A DNA stretch of 33,253 bases, taken from contig JBKCUU010000057.1 in the NCBI GenBank assembly GCA_046318155.1, forward strand, positions 1 to 33,253, in the 5' to 3' direction. Below the pieces are notes generated by a model, which saw only the letters and a program-made list of their open reading frames with translations, had not been told where the DNA came from and ran no database searches. This document shows positions 18,128 to 28,370 of the stretch, piece by piece (position 1 is the first letter of the stretch; each line of letters begins with the position of its first letter). The stretch is from Bdellovibrio sp. Lineage in GTDB: Bacteria > Bdellovibrionota > Bdellovibrionia > Bdellovibrionales > Bdellovibrionaceae. A program made the position numbers and the translations under genes.

Positions 18128-19063
18128 TTAGACACGTCTCCAGTAAAGGAGATCCGTCAGTGGCAAAAGCTTGTCGATGAGCTTGAGTTCGCCCGGTTTC
18201 AGATAGGACTTCAAGTTTTGCAGATGATGTTGGTACAGCTGTATCAGAAATTCATTTTTACGGTCAAACTCGGCAAGCTTAGCCTGGAATTTATCATGGC
18301 CACCCATGGCCGTCGCAAAATCACTCACCGTTTGGCATTGCTTAAACACCAAGCGACGTTCAGACGAAAGATCCGACGTCGCAAAAGCAGCAAATGAATT
18401 CATGTAGCCCGATTTGAGGTCGCCCATGACGGCCTTGCCTTCGTTATTACGAACATCGAAATCGAGCAAATCATCACCGCGCTGAAAGAGTTGACCCAAA
18501 AGTGTTCCCGCTTCTTCAAGGCAGGTGTGCAAACCGGGCTCATAACGTTCTTGCGCAATAAAGGGACTTCGCAAGCACCACTTAAAAAGCGACGCCGTTT
18601 TTAAGTTGTGCACGCGGTCCAATTGACTCAAGTCCAATTGAAAGTCGCCAACCAAAGAGTCTTGCAGCCATTCACCCTCGAGAAGATCTGAAATCATTTC
18701 GGCGGTGTATTGCACAAGCCGGATATTACCGTGACCCGACAAATTGACCATCACGCGGGCGAGCAAATAATCACCAGCGAGCACTGCGTACTCGGGCGTA
18801 AACCTGAGCCAGGCGGCCGATTTTCCTCGGCGCAAATGCGAGCGGTCAACAAGGTCGTCGTGCAAAAGAGAGGCGTTGTGGATAAACTCGATTGTCTGTG
18901 CGAGCAAATGCTCGGACTTCTCGTTCAAATCAATTTGATCGCCGACGAGTTTGATCAGCTTCGCGCGAAAACCTTTGCCGCCCGAGAACAAATCATCGTA
19001 AAGCGTATCCAGCTGAGGCAGGTACGCAGGAAAATCTTTGGGATCGTAGATCTTTAAATTCAT
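18128..19063 (-). CDS. Long-chain polyprenyl diphosphate synthase
   Basis: GGKGFR, LLHDDLVD..RRG, AVLAGDYL, KTASLF, FQRGDDLLD; start likely ATG 19063. Confidence 0.9.
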   Translation of the reverse strand: MNLKIYDPKDFPAYLPQLDTLYDDLFSGGKGFRAKLIKLVGDQIDLNEKSEHLLAQTIEFIHNASLLHDDLVDRSHLRRGKSAAWLRFTPEYAVLAGDYLLARVMVNLSGHGNIRLVQYTAEMISDLLEGEWLQDSLVGDFQLDLSQLDRVHNLKTASLFKWCLRSPFIAQERYEPGLHTCLEEAGTLLGQLFQRGDDLLDFDVRNNEGKAVMGDLKSGYMNSFAAFATSDLSSERRLVFKQCQTVSDFATAMGGHDKFQAKLAEFDRKNEFLIQLYQHHLQNLKSYLKPGELKLIDKLLPLTDLLYWRRV

Positions 19064-19122
19064 GACTGATGGTGTTATAGCCTTCCCCTCTGTGGCTTGC
19101 AACTCTAGACTGGTGACAACGG

Positions 19123-19536
19123 ATGGCGAAAACCTATCAAAAACAGATTCAAATTCGATTTCGTGAGGGCGACCCTGCTCGAATCATGTATTTCCGAAAC
19201 GTGTTCGATCTCGCGCATGATTGCTTCGAAGACTTTATTCAGGCTCAGGGCCTTAGCTGGAGTGATTGGTTTGACAAAAACCCGTGTTTGGTTCCGATTC
19301 GCCATGTTGAAGCGGATTTTCTGGCGCCCTTCATCCCCGGCGAGACTTACACCATCAGCACCGTCGTTGCTCAGATTCGAGACACCAGCTTTCAGATGAA
19401 GTACGTGTTCGAACAAAACGCAAAAGTTCATGCCGTGGTGACGATGGTGCATGCTTACCTCGATCCGAAGACTCAGCAAAAGACGAAGGTTCAAGAGCAG
19501 ATTCGCAACTTGCTGACCCCCTACTTGGAGGCCTGA
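19123..19536 (+). CDS. 4-HBA-CoA-type thioesterase (possible DHNA-CoA thioesterase)
   Basis: IRFREGDPARIMYF hotdog motif; located in men cluster. Confidence 0.75.
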   Translation: MAKTYQKQIQIRFREGDPARIMYFRNVFDLAHDCFEDFIQAQGLSWSDWFDKNPCLVPIRHVEADFLAPFIPGETYTISTVVAQIRDTSFQMKYVFEQNAKVHAVVTMVHAYLDPKTQQKTKVQEQIRNLLTPYLEA

Positions 19537-19994
19537 TGAAAAAACCGAGAGCGGCCAAACCCCAAGCCAAACAGTGGTGGTCCGAAGGAATCCAGTTCCA
19601 GTGCCAAGGCAGCGGGAAATGCTGCACGTCTCACGGCGAATTTGGTTTTGTGTTTTTGACCAAAGAGGACCGAGCGCGCATGGCGGCTCACTTTGGCATG
19701 ACGTCTTCGGCGTTCACGCGCAAGTACTGCGATAAATTGGCGGATGCGTTTCATCTCAAAGAAGATCCCAAAAACTTGGACTGCATGTTTTTAAAAAACA
19801 AACAGTGCTCGATCTACGACGCACGCCCGGTTCAGTGCCGGACCTGGCCTTTTTGGCCCGAAGTCATGAACGCCAAAGCTTGGAAAAAGGAAGTCGTCGA
19901 CTTTTGCCCCGGCGTCGGCAAAGGCCGCCTCTGGAGCGCCGAAGAAATCCAAAAAAATCTCGACGAGCAGATCCGGTCAGAAACAGCCCCGTAG
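19536..19994 (+). CDS. YkgJ-family Cys-cluster protein
   Basis: FQCQGSGKCC..CMFL..CSIYDARPVQCRTWPFW..CPG. Confidence 0.85.
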   Translation: MKKPRAAKPQAKQWWSEGIQFQCQGSGKCCTSHGEFGFVFLTKEDRARMAAHFGMTSSAFTRKYCDKLADAFHLKEDPKNLDCMFLKNKQCSIYDARPVQCRTWPFWPEVMNAKAWKKEVVDFCPGVGKGRLWSAEEIQKNLDEQIRSETAP

Positions 19995-20025
19995 GGGCCT
20001 CATTTACAGAAGCCCCGTAGGGGCC
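19985..20025. repeat. Direct repeat of the 15-bp hairpin AGCCCCGTAGGGGCC
   Basis: Copies at 19985-19999 and 20011-20025 between convergent genes. Confidence 0.8.
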
Positions 20026-20031
20026 GAACTG

Positions 20032-21225
20032 TCACGAAGACGCCTTGAGGCTCTCGCGAAGTTTTTCAGTGAGAACTTTACCGACGGCTGAGCGCGGGAG
20101 CTTTTCAATTTGACGAAACTCAAGGCGCTCGAGAGGAAAACAAATTCCGTTCCATTTTTTAAGAACGTCATCCCATCGAACTTTTGATTTGACCTCGGCT
20201 GCCAGAACAAGCCGAGCGCCATCGCGCTCGTGCGCCACATCAATCAAGGTGTATTCTTCGATGGTCATCGCAATTTTTTCGGTCAGGGCCCACTCAAAAA
20301 AACGCGAGCGAAGAGCCGCCATATCGACGCCCTCGCCCTTGACCTTAACAAAATCTTGCATGCGGCCCTTGATCGACAGAAAAATCTCGATCTCGGTGGT
20401 CTTTAAATTTGTCCGCGCTTTGACTTGCGCCTGATCCTTGGTTTTCCAATATCCATTTTTAAGTTCGGTAGTCACCCATCTGGGGCCCTCGGGCCCGACT
20501 TGCCCGTAGCCTGTCATCAAAGCGTCTGACTTGATTTGCAAAAGCCCGTCGCTTTCGGTTTTAACGTCAACATGACTCAGGACTCGAAGATCATCCGAAA
20601 AGGTGGAGTTTAACGAGGCGGTCGCGATCTGCGAGCAAAGCTCAGTCATTCCAAAGCTGGCCAGCACGGGCCAACCCAGAACCCACGCCTGCTGAGCCAA
20701 TTTGGATTCAAGTTTTGCACCGCCAATGACAACGGCGCGAAGCGATTTGGGAGCACGATGTCCCGCTTTTACTAAATCAAAGAGCTGTGTTGGTACAAGC
20801 GAGAGCAGGGTGATTTGGCGCTCTGTGAGCCACTCATAAAACGAGTCTGCATTCCACGCTTTGGTGTATTCAAAAAGCGAAGCCCCGCTCAAGAAAGTCC
20901 GAGCATAAATCGACAGGCCCCCGACATGAAAAAGAGGAAGTGCGACACCCCATCTGTCCGTGCGTGTACTTTCAAGATGTTCGTTCACGGCCTGTGCCGA
21001 AATCAGAAAGGCCTGTTTTGAGAGAGCGATCCACTTACTGCTTTCATTTAAAAACTGAGTTGAGCCCGAAGACTGAACCCAGATATGACCCGGCAGAACC
21101 GGAACGTACCTAAAAAGCGGACTTAAAAAGTGGCGCTCCCGGGCTTCGAGACGTGGATTGAGCATGATCTCGGTGTCTTTTGAATCCCAATCGATCGTGA
21201 TCTTTTCTATTTGAGAAGCCTTCAT
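20032..21225 (-). CDS. menE: O-succinylbenzoate-CoA ligase
   Basis: SSGST, LPLFHVGGL, SLVPTQL, SFGMTELCSQIAT, LPRSAVGK; men operon context. Confidence 0.82.
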   Translation of the reverse strand: MKASQIEKITIDWDSKDTEIMLNPRLEARERHFLSPLFRYVPVLPGHIWVQSSGSTQFLNESSKWIALSKQAFLISAQAVNEHLESTRTDRWGVALPLFHVGGLSIYARTFLSGASLFEYTKAWNADSFYEWLTERQITLLSLVPTQLFDLVKAGHRAPKSLRAVVIGGAKLESKLAQQAWVLGWPVLASFGMTELCSQIATASLNSTFSDDLRVLSHVDVKTESDGLLQIKSDALMTGYGQVGPEGPRWVTTELKNGYWKTKDQAQVKARTNLKTTEIEIFLSIKGRMQDFVKVKGEGVDMAALRSRFFEWALTEKIAMTIEEYTLIDVAHERDGARLVLAAEVKSKVRWDDVLKKWNGICFPLERLEFRQIEKLPRSAVGKVLTEKLRESLKASS

Positions 21226-21271
21226 GTTAAGTTCCTTTAACTGCTGCAAGGAGCAGTCTTCTATGACAGCC

Positions 21272-22261
21272 CTACAGAGCCGCCCAAGTCATCCGCTCAA
21301 AGAGATTATCAAAGCCAATTCCCAGGCCCGGGATTTCGACGAGATAAGAACCTTGAACGATCATCGATTTTGAAAAATCATTAGCCTCGTAGGATCTCAG
21401 CGAAAGACAACCGCAATCGAGGAGCCTATCGGGATAAAACTTTTTGAGTTCTCCGGCAACCAATAGAGAATGCGCAATCCCAACCGGATGATCCAGCGAA
21501 CTGGTGACGACCATATTGAGACCAAACTTATTGGCGTGGTCGACGGCCTTTTTGACGTCTTGGCGCGCCGGCTTAATCACAACGACTTTAAACGGAACTG
21601 GGGCCTTCATGTTGTCCCAGGCCACTTTGTCATACTCCTGATCCAATGCCAGAGGTCGCAGTTGATTGGCGGCGGCCCAAAGTTCGGGATCATACGGAAA
21701 CGGATCTTCGACATACTCAATTCGTGACTGCACAGCGGGGCTGAGGGCTCTGACAAAGTTTTCGAAACTCTTGAACGTGCCTTTGCTGTTAAAATCCAAG
21801 CGAACCGTCATTTGATGTGTTCTTAAGAACCGATCGATCCATTTGGCCTCTTCTTCGGGATTGCGTCCCACTTTAATCTTTGCCGTCGTGAACCCTGACT
21901 TTTTCATGTCTTCTATCGTCAGTTCGTCGAGGCGCGAACAATCGGTGATTAAAAAATGATTGTTTACTTTTGCTAAATCCTGAAACGCATTTTTGCCACT
22001 TGATCTTAGCACCGCATCTTGACGTGCAAGCAAAATCGATTGTTCAACCAAGTGACTAAACTGACCTCTTTCGATTGTGGCCAGTTCAGACTCGAGCTCC
22101 GCGTCGCCGAGCTCAGGCCATGGAAACAAGTCAGCGTAGCCAATTTTTTTGTCAGGCCATTGGATTTTAAGCAAAGCCCCCGACCGAGGTTTGTTCTCGG
22201 CCAGAGCCCCAATTTGCGTTAGGGGGTGAAGGGTGTACTTGTGGGACCAAAATTTGAGCAT
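21272..22261 (-). CDS. menC: O-succinylbenzoate synthase
   Basis: Enolase superfamily KIK, RLDFN, YVEDP, ALDQE, VIKP, VVTSS; men operon context. Confidence 0.82.
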   Translation of the reverse strand: MLKFWSHKYTLHPLTQIGALAENKPRSGALLKIQWPDKKIGYADLFPWPELGDAELESELATIERGQFSHLVEQSILLARQDAVLRSSGKNAFQDLAKVNNHFLITDCSRLDELTIEDMKKSGFTTAKIKVGRNPEEEAKWIDRFLRTHQMTVRLDFNSKGTFKSFENFVRALSPAVQSRIEYVEDPFPYDPELWAAANQLRPLALDQEYDKVAWDNMKAPVPFKVVVIKPARQDVKKAVDHANKFGLNMVVTSSLDHPVGIAHSLLVAGELKKFYPDRLLDCGCLSLRSYEANDFSKSMIVQGSYLVEIPGLGIGFDNLFERMTWAAL

Positions 22262-23172
22262 AACACCAGTCCTAGTGAAAGCAGGCAGCCAAAGAGCAGA
22301 TGCAAAGCTGCACTCATCGCCAAGAACCGATTGTACTCGGGACTTGGGCCCGTCTCGTGGACTAGTGTCACGATTTTGAGGCCTAAAGGCAAAGTGATTA
22401 ATGGGAGAAGTGCAGCCCAAAGCCCCGCATGACTAAGCCAGTAAAGATTCAAGATAAACGGAGTGAGTACAAGAGCTGCGATCTCAAATTTTGCAAACTT
22501 TTGTCCAAAACGAACGGGCACAGTTTTTTTGTTCACCTTGAGGTCTTGGTTCACGTCTCTGAGGTTGTTAATGGCAATCAGGACCGTGGCATGCAAGCCG
22601 ATTTGCAGGCCCAAGATCAGGGCGGGTACTTGCCACTCCCCGGTCATTAAAAAAACTAATCCACCCACCGCGATAAGCCCAAAAAACAGGATGACAAACA
22701 GATCACCCAGTCCAAGGTAGGCCAGCGGAAAAGGGCCCGCCGTGTACGCATAACCAAACAAAACCGAAAACACGCCGATGGCGACGATCGGCCACCCACC
22801 ATGCATCACCAGTGGGATCCCGCAAAGGACTGCTGCCAAAAAAAACAGCGAGCCCACCAGCCACACCTGCCGGGCTGTGAAGATTCCTTTTTGTGTGACT
22901 CTGATTGGACCAATGCGTTCTTCGGTATCGGCTCCGCGTTTAAAATCAACGGCATCGTTGATCAAGTTTGTGCCAATCTGAATAAAAAACGAGGCCAGCA
23001 ATGACAGCACTGGGATCCACCAGGCAAATGCAATTCCCTCAAACTGAACGAGCGCCGTTGCCGCAATGATCGGAAGGAGAGCCGCCGTCAGAGTTTTAGG
23101 ACGAAACGCAAGAACCCAAGCCTTCCAGGACGGAAGAACTTGGAGTGTGGTCGTGCTCATCGAATTTGTCAT
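22219..23172 (-). CDS. menA: DHNA octaprenyltransferase
   Basis: RPKTL, NLINDAVDFKRGAD, YTAGPFPLAYLGLGD, INNLRD. Confidence 0.92.
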   Translation of the reverse strand: MTNSMSTTTLQVLPSWKAWVLAFRPKTLTAALLPIIAATALVQFEGIAFAWWIPVLSLLASFFIQIGTNLINDAVDFKRGADTEERIGPIRVTQKGIFTARQVWLVGSLFFLAAVLCGIPLVMHGGWPIVAIGVFSVLFGYAYTAGPFPLAYLGLGDLFVILFFGLIAVGGLVFLMTGEWQVPALILGLQIGLHATVLIAINNLRDVNQDLKVNKKTVPVRFGQKFAKFEIAALVLTPFILNLYWLSHAGLWAALLPLITLPLGLKIVTLVHETGPSPEYNRFLAMSAALHLLFGCLLSLGLVLCSNFGPTSTPFTP

Positions 23173-23181
23173 AATGAAATC

Positions 23182-24027
23182 TTAAGGGAGACGAGGAAAT
23201 TGAGAAAAGTCAGGAGCGCGCTTTTCAACATAGGCGTTGCGGCCTTCTTGCGCTTCTTCGCTCATGTAGTAGAGCAGCGTCGCATTCCCTGCAAGGTCAA
23301 GCAAACCCATCTGTCCGTCGCAATCGGCATTGAGGCAAGACTTCAGGCAGCGTAAGGCCAAGGGCGAATGCTGGAGCATTTCGCGGCACCATTTGACCGT
23401 TTCGATCTCGAGATCGGCGAGGGCAACGACATGATTCACAAGTCCCATCTCGAGCGCTTGTTTGGCGTCGTACTGACGGCAGAGGTACCAAATCTCGCGG
23501 GCTTTCTTTTGCCCAACGATGCGGGCCAGGTAGCTACTGCCAAGTCCGCCATCAAAGGAGCCTACTTTAGGCCCTGTTTGACCAAATTTGGCATTCTCGG
23601 CGGCAATTGAAAGATCGCACACGACGTGCAGAACGTGTCCTCCACCAATGGCGTAGCCCGCGATCATCGCGACGACGGGTTTGGGCATCTGACGGATTTG
23701 TTTTTGCACATCCAAGATATTCAAGCGCGGAACGCCATCTTTACCGACATAGCCCGCTTCACCGCGAACCGTTTGATCCCCGCCCGAGCAAAAAGCCAAA
23801 GGCCCTTCACCGCACAAGATAATCACCCCGATACTTTGATCTTCGCGCGAATGATGGAGCGCCTCTTGAAGTTCAAACACAGTTTGTGGGCGAAACGCAT
23901 TGCGCTTTTCAGGTCGGTTGATCGTGATCTTGGCGATCCCATCAGAGGTTTTTTCGAATTTGATATCTTCAAATTTTTTGATCGGCATCCACTCGGCGCC
24001 AGGAACAATGGGATTCACAGTCGACAC
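23182..24027 (-). CDS. menB: DHNA-CoA (naphthoate) synthase
   Basis: [38 protein letters not shown]. Confidence 0.97.
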   Translation of the reverse strand: MSTVNPIVPGAEWMPIKKFEDIKFEKTSDGIAKITINRPEKRNAFRPQTVFELQEALHHSREDQSIGVIILCGEGPLAFCSGGDQTVRGEAGYVGKDGVPRLNILDVQKQIRQMPKPVVAMIAGYAIGGGHVLHVVCDLSIAAENAKFGQTGPKVGSFDGGLGSSYLARIVGQKKAREIWYLCRQYDAKQALEMGLVNHVVALADLEIETVKWCREMLQHSPLALRCLKSCLNADCDGQMGLLDLAGNATLLYYMSEEAQEGRNAYVEKRAPDFSQFPRLP

Positions 24028-24156
24028 AAAAAAACTCCTTCACCCGCGCTATGACTAACTCATGACGCTGCGTTTAATGATCTTCGATTCAAGAGTCGTA
24101 AATTACCAGAGAAAAAGTCGGATGACGAAGAAAAAACGGCGTGGCAAGTTCGGTGC

Positions 24157-25314
24157 ATGATTCTTGAAATCGTTTTCGCCGTCTTTGTTGTGTTGGCCGC
24201 CCTGTTCGCCGGTCTGTTCTGGGTCAGCCGGCGCATCGAACGAAACTTGAATAGCCGCCTGGATCTGGGTGTCCAAACCGATCTCGCACAAAAAGCAGAG
24301 GAAGAAACGCGCATTAGTCAGCAGTTTGAACTTCTGGGCCGCCGCCTCTTTGAAGACAGCAGCAAAAAACTCAATGATCAAAGCCTTCAGAACCTCCAAC
24401 TTTTACTCGAACCCTTTAAAGAACGCCTCAAAGAATTCGAGAAAAAGGTCGAAGACGTGTACTCGAATGAAAAAACCGAGCGCGGTACGCTTCGCGGTGA
24501 ACTCAATAAGCTGATGGATCTGAATCAAAAAATGTCGACCGAAACCCAAAGCCTGACTCGCGCTCTCAAGGGCGATGTCAAAACACAAGGAACCTGGGGC
24601 GAGCTTTTGCTCGAGAATATTTTGGAGCGCAGTGGTCTTCGCAAGGGCGAGGAGTACTTGGTTCAAGACTCTCACCGCGACCATGTGGGCGCCGTTGTTC
24701 GGCCCGACATCATTATCAAGCTCCCCGATGGCAAGCACATCATTGTCGATTCTAAAATGTCACTTCTCTCGTACGAAGAGTACTCGCGCGCGGAGGCGCA
24801 GGAGACCAAAGACAAATGGGCCCGCGATTTTGTAACCTCACTGAAGCGCCACGTCGATGGCTTATCGGCAAAAAAATACCACGCCATCGAAACTCTGGGA
24901 TCGCCCGATTTTGTGATCTTGTTCATTCCCTTAGAGCCCGCCTTTGCGATGGCTTTTCAGCTCAAACCCGAAATTTTTAGCGAAAGTTGGGACAAAAACA
25001 TTGCGCTCGTCAGCCCAACGACTTTGCTCACCACACTGCGAACCGTTTCAGCGCTCTGGAAGCAAGACCGCCAAGAGAAAAATGCGCTCGAGATCGCCGA
25101 TCGTGGGGGCAAGCTCTACGATAAATTTGTCGCCCTCGTCCAAGATGTCGAGGCCGTTGGTGAGCAACTTCAGCGAACTCAAAAGTCGCATCAAGCTCTG
25201 GTGAATAAGCTTCACGAAGGCAATGGCAATTTGATTTCACAAGTCGAGAAATTGCGAGAGCTCGGGGCCAAGACCGAGAAGAAACTTGGTCTTTTAAAGC
25301 CCCCCGAGCTTTGA
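24157..25314 (+). CDS. rmuC: DNA recombination protein RmuC
   Basis: ALKGDVKTQGTWGE, RPDIIIKLP, VDSKMSL, DFVILFIP, VSPTTLL, GKLYDKF. Confidence 0.95.
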   Translation: MILEIVFAVFVVLAALFAGLFWVSRRIERNLNSRLDLGVQTDLAQKAEEETRISQQFELLGRRLFEDSSKKLNDQSLQNLQLLLEPFKERLKEFEKKVEDVYSNEKTERGTLRGELNKLMDLNQKMSTETQSLTRALKGDVKTQGTWGELLLENILERSGLRKGEEYLVQDSHRDHVGAVVRPDIIIKLPDGKHIIVDSKMSLLSYEEYSRAEAQETKDKWARDFVTSLKRHVDGLSAKKYHAIETLGSPDFVILFIPLEPAFAMAFQLKPEIFSESWDKNIALVSPTTLLTTLRTVSALWKQDRQEKNALEIADRGGKLYDKFVALVQDVEAVGEQLQRTQKSHQALVNKLHEGNGNLISQVEKLRELGAKTEKKLGLLKPPEL

Positions 25315-25416
25315 TTACGACAACGCCTGAAGGCCTCAAACGCATCCTTGTCATAAACACTTTAAAAAGCAGGATCGCTCTTGATGGTGTCTGAAATCTC
25401 GATGACTTCTTTTTTT

Positions 25417-26508
25417 TCAGAACTGATAACAATTTAAACGCTGATCCTGGCTCGGCAAGAATTGCCCCGACCGCTCATCTTGCTCCAGCATGAGGTCGCA
25501 AAACTCTTGCGGTCCCAGGCGAAAAAAAATGCCGCAGAGCTGTTTCGAGGCGCCCGAGGGCTCGCAGCGAAGGTTTGTTTGGACAGTCCGTGAAATCCTG
25601 TTGATGACGTCGGCGCCATAGGCTTGAGTCAAGAGCTGGTGGGGCCTGTCGAGCTCAAGGTCTTTTTCAAAGGGGCGAGTCACCTTAAAGAGTCTTTGGC
25701 GGAGTTCGGCCTCAAATGCAGGGGCCAAATCCAATCTTAAGGGTGATGCTTTGTGCACGACCGCCGGAGTTGGTTCTTTCATTTTAGCTTCAAGAAGACT
25801 GGTTTGTGTGGGCGTCCAACCGCGCTGGATCTCTTCATCGATCTCAAGCGGCGAAGTTTGAAAACCGGCCAAAACTGAAAGAGCCACTAAGTTGTCAGAA
25901 TTTTGAGTTGTGAGCTTGAGCCACTCAAGCAAAGGACGCGGCTCACCCAAAAGTGTGAGGTCGAGCGAGTAGTACTGAAGTTTGTTGTCGGTCTCGCGAA
26001 CCAGGATAAACGGAGCCACGTGAAAGCCCCATGAGATTTTGGCTTGGTCCAATGGAATATGGCGAGAGATCACCTGCAGGTGACCGCCCAAGTGCAGATT
26101 CATGGCGCGGATGTTTTCGCGAGATTGCAGGTAAAATGAAATCAGTTCCGCGCGCCCCGCGCAGCCATTCATGTCGTAAGAGAACGAAACGGGCAAACTT
26201 TTGATCTTGCTTGTGAGCTCGGCCAACTGGGATTTGGGAACAATGGTCAGCTGCTTGTTCAATTTGGCATTGGCCTGTAAACGTCGCAAAAGTTCTTCGG
26301 GCTCCATAAAGGGCATCCGCGCATACTGCTTTTTGATCTGGCGTTCGCACTCGTCCAAACCCAAATCGGTATAGCGCATGCAGTCTCCATGACGTTTCTC
26401 TAAAAAGTCTTCGAAAGGCGGCTTTGGCTTTTTTGCAGGCGCCGCCGTCACCGGCGCGGAGGCACCGAGAATAAATCCGAGAAAAAAAAGAAGCCTCGCT
26501 GCTTTCAT
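25417..26508 (-). CDS. Secreted protein with protein-glutamine glutaminase-like domain
   Basis: Signal peptide; GCAGRA, WGFHVAP, YSLD resemble the Cys-His-Asp triad motifs. Confidence 0.65.
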   Translation of the reverse strand: MKAARLLFFLGFILGASAPVTAAPAKKPKPPFEDFLEKRHGDCMRYTDLGLDECERQIKKQYARMPFMEPEELLRRLQANAKLNKQLTIVPKSQLAELTSKIKSLPVSFSYDMNGCAGRAELISFYLQSRENIRAMNLHLGGHLQVISRHIPLDQAKISWGFHVAPFILVRETDNKLQYYSLDLTLLGEPRPLLEWLKLTTQNSDNLVALSVLAGFQTSPLEIDEEIQRGWTPTQTSLLEAKMKEPTPAVVHKASPLRLDLAPAFEAELRQRLFKVTRPFEKDLELDRPHQLLTQAYGADVINRISRTVQTNLRCEPSGASKQLCGIFFRLGPQEFCDLMLEQDERSGQFLPSQDQRLNCYQF

Positions 26509-26513
26509 CAAGA

Positions 26514-26999
26514 TTACCGTGTTCCACCCGCTCGGCCCGCATGGGGATTGATGCCGATGGGCTTGAATGTCAGTTCACATTGAGTTTTATTTTCAGCACG
26601 GTCGATGGTGGACGCCATTTTATCGACGAGATTATCCAGTCCCCGTGTGAGGACAGGCAAAGCACTTTCGCGCGTGATATTTTTGAGGTTGAGTTCACGA
26701 AACAGGCGGTTCGCCTCATCAAGCAGCGCATCGGACCCCGTTAGCTCGGCAAGCGCCTTGAGCCTTTCAATTTCACGGACAATTTTTTGAGCACCCAAGT
26801 GGGAAACCTGAAACCGGTCTTCGAAACTTAAATGGGGGGCGTCTTGCTTGAAACGGTCATGGGTCAATCGAAAGTCTTCAAAGCTTTTGGCAATCGACTT
26901 CATCGCGAGGCATTTGGAAACCTCGGTGCTCATCGCGGTGGCTTGAGCCAAGATCGGAAACAGCAGAGTCACAAACAAAATTTGAAGAGTTCGGATCAT
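26514..26999 (-). CDS. Secreted hypothetical protein
   Basis: Signal-peptide-like MIRTLQILFVTLLFPILAQA, SD GAGG; co-oriented with the downstream gene. Confidence 0.6.
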   Translation of the reverse strand: MIRTLQILFVTLLFPILAQATAMSTEVSKCLAMKSIAKSFEDFRLTHDRFKQDAPHLSFEDRFQVSHLGAQKIVREIERLKALAELTGSDALLDEANRLFRELNLKNITRESALPVLTRGLDNLVDKMASTIDRAENKTQCELTFKPIGINPHAGRAGGTR

Positions 27000-27299
27000 A
27001 AAACACCTCAACGATGAGGTGAGCAGAATCCGGGCCGGGCCAAGTCAAAACAAACTCCTGATGAACGATTCGATGACGTCTCAAGATGAGACAGCGCCAA
27101 TTACGCGCGCCACCTGAGAACTCTTTCGACACAAATCGGCGCGTGGCGTGTTGCGTGGTGGGTGAAGCTTCGAGCCCAGGCGCCCCTCTGGCAGGGCACA
27201 AATAGCGTTGAGCTCTTTAGTTGACTCTCCCCCCAACATCGACTGATCATTTTTCAGTTGTTCGTTGTTTTACTCTCTGAGTTAACTAGGAGTCGAATC

Positions 27300-28229
27300 A
27301 TGATTTTTCTTCGTGCTTTTGGGGTCTTCATTCTTTTGAATTTAGGACTTATCTTCGGGGCGCAAGGGGTGGATCAGCCGCCTCCGCCACCGGCGTCCCA
27401 CCCGGGAGGAGATACCGGCTCTTCGGGCTTTACGACCGACTCGTTTCGCTTTGACGGACGGCCCGTTGATGTCTTTCTGCCGCAAGGAGCGGGTCCATTT
27501 CCGGTTGTGGTTTTTGGACACGGCCAAGCTCTTGGCCTTGAACCCTACCGGCTCACGTTTGAACATCTGGCAAAAAAAGGCGTGGCGGTTCTGTTTCCTC
27601 AATACGACACTGGTTTCTTTGATCAAAATTGGAGCCGAATGGCTGGTGATTTTGCCGCGATGACCGAGGCGGCGCTGGCGCGCTATCCACAGGCCTTAAG
27701 AGCCGATCAAATTATTTTCTCCGGTCATTCGAAAGGGGCTTACATTGCCCTCAAAGCGGCCTGCCTGGGGCGACGCTTGCAGAGCCCTCCTCAAGCTTTG
27801 GTTCTGTTTCAACCTGCTGACTTTTCGGCGCAAGATTTTGTCTCGTTAAATAAGTCGACACCCGTGACCTTAATTTGGGCCGAGGAAGACAAAATTATCC
27901 CGGAACAAAAACTCTTGGATCTTTTTAACCAGCTTCCCAGTCGCCGCAAGCAATTGATCACGGCGGTCAGCTATACCGAGACTAATCCCAAGCACCCGGC
28001 CGATCATTTCTTTGTCTTGACCAAGGCGTCGGGTTTTGGCGGACGCACCGGCGTAGGCCCCCTGCACCGTTACGGATCTTGGAAGTGGCTGGTGGGTGCG
28101 GCCTTCGATTTGCGCGATGGCGGCCGAGCAACCAATGATTTTGTGTATGGCTCAGAAACCGATTCGACAGGTGTTGTTGGTCTTAAGCACAAAGTTGCAA
28201 AACAGTGGGCTGCTTCTTCGGAGCAATAG
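27300..28229 (+). CDS. Secreted alpha/beta hydrolase (chlorophyllase/cutinase-like)
   Basis: FPVVVFGHG, GHSKG nucleophile elbow, Asp (EEDK), His (ADHF). Confidence 0.8.
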   Translation: MIFLRAFGVFILLNLGLIFGAQGVDQPPPPPASHPGGDTGSSGFTTDSFRFDGRPVDVFLPQGAGPFPVVVFGHGQALGLEPYRLTFEHLAKKGVAVLFPQYDTGFFDQNWSRMAGDFAAMTEAALARYPQALRADQIIFSGHSKGAYIALKAACLGRRLQSPPQALVLFQPADFSAQDFVSLNKSTPVTLIWAEEDKIIPEQKLLDLFNQLPSRRKQLITAVSYTETNPKHPADHFFVLTKASGFGGRTGVGPLHRYGSWKWLVGAAFDLRDGGRATNDFVYGSETDSTGVVGLKHKVAKQWAASSEQ

Positions 28230-28370
28230 GTCGGTCCTCAAAGCCCAGATTCCGATCTTGCAGCGTTTCAGAATTCATGTTTGGTATAGATTAAGGGTCT
28301 TTTTGGATTTTCCCCGGTTGTGTTGTTTCGCGCCTGCATCTTTAAACAAAAAACTAAAGGAGCTACTTTT

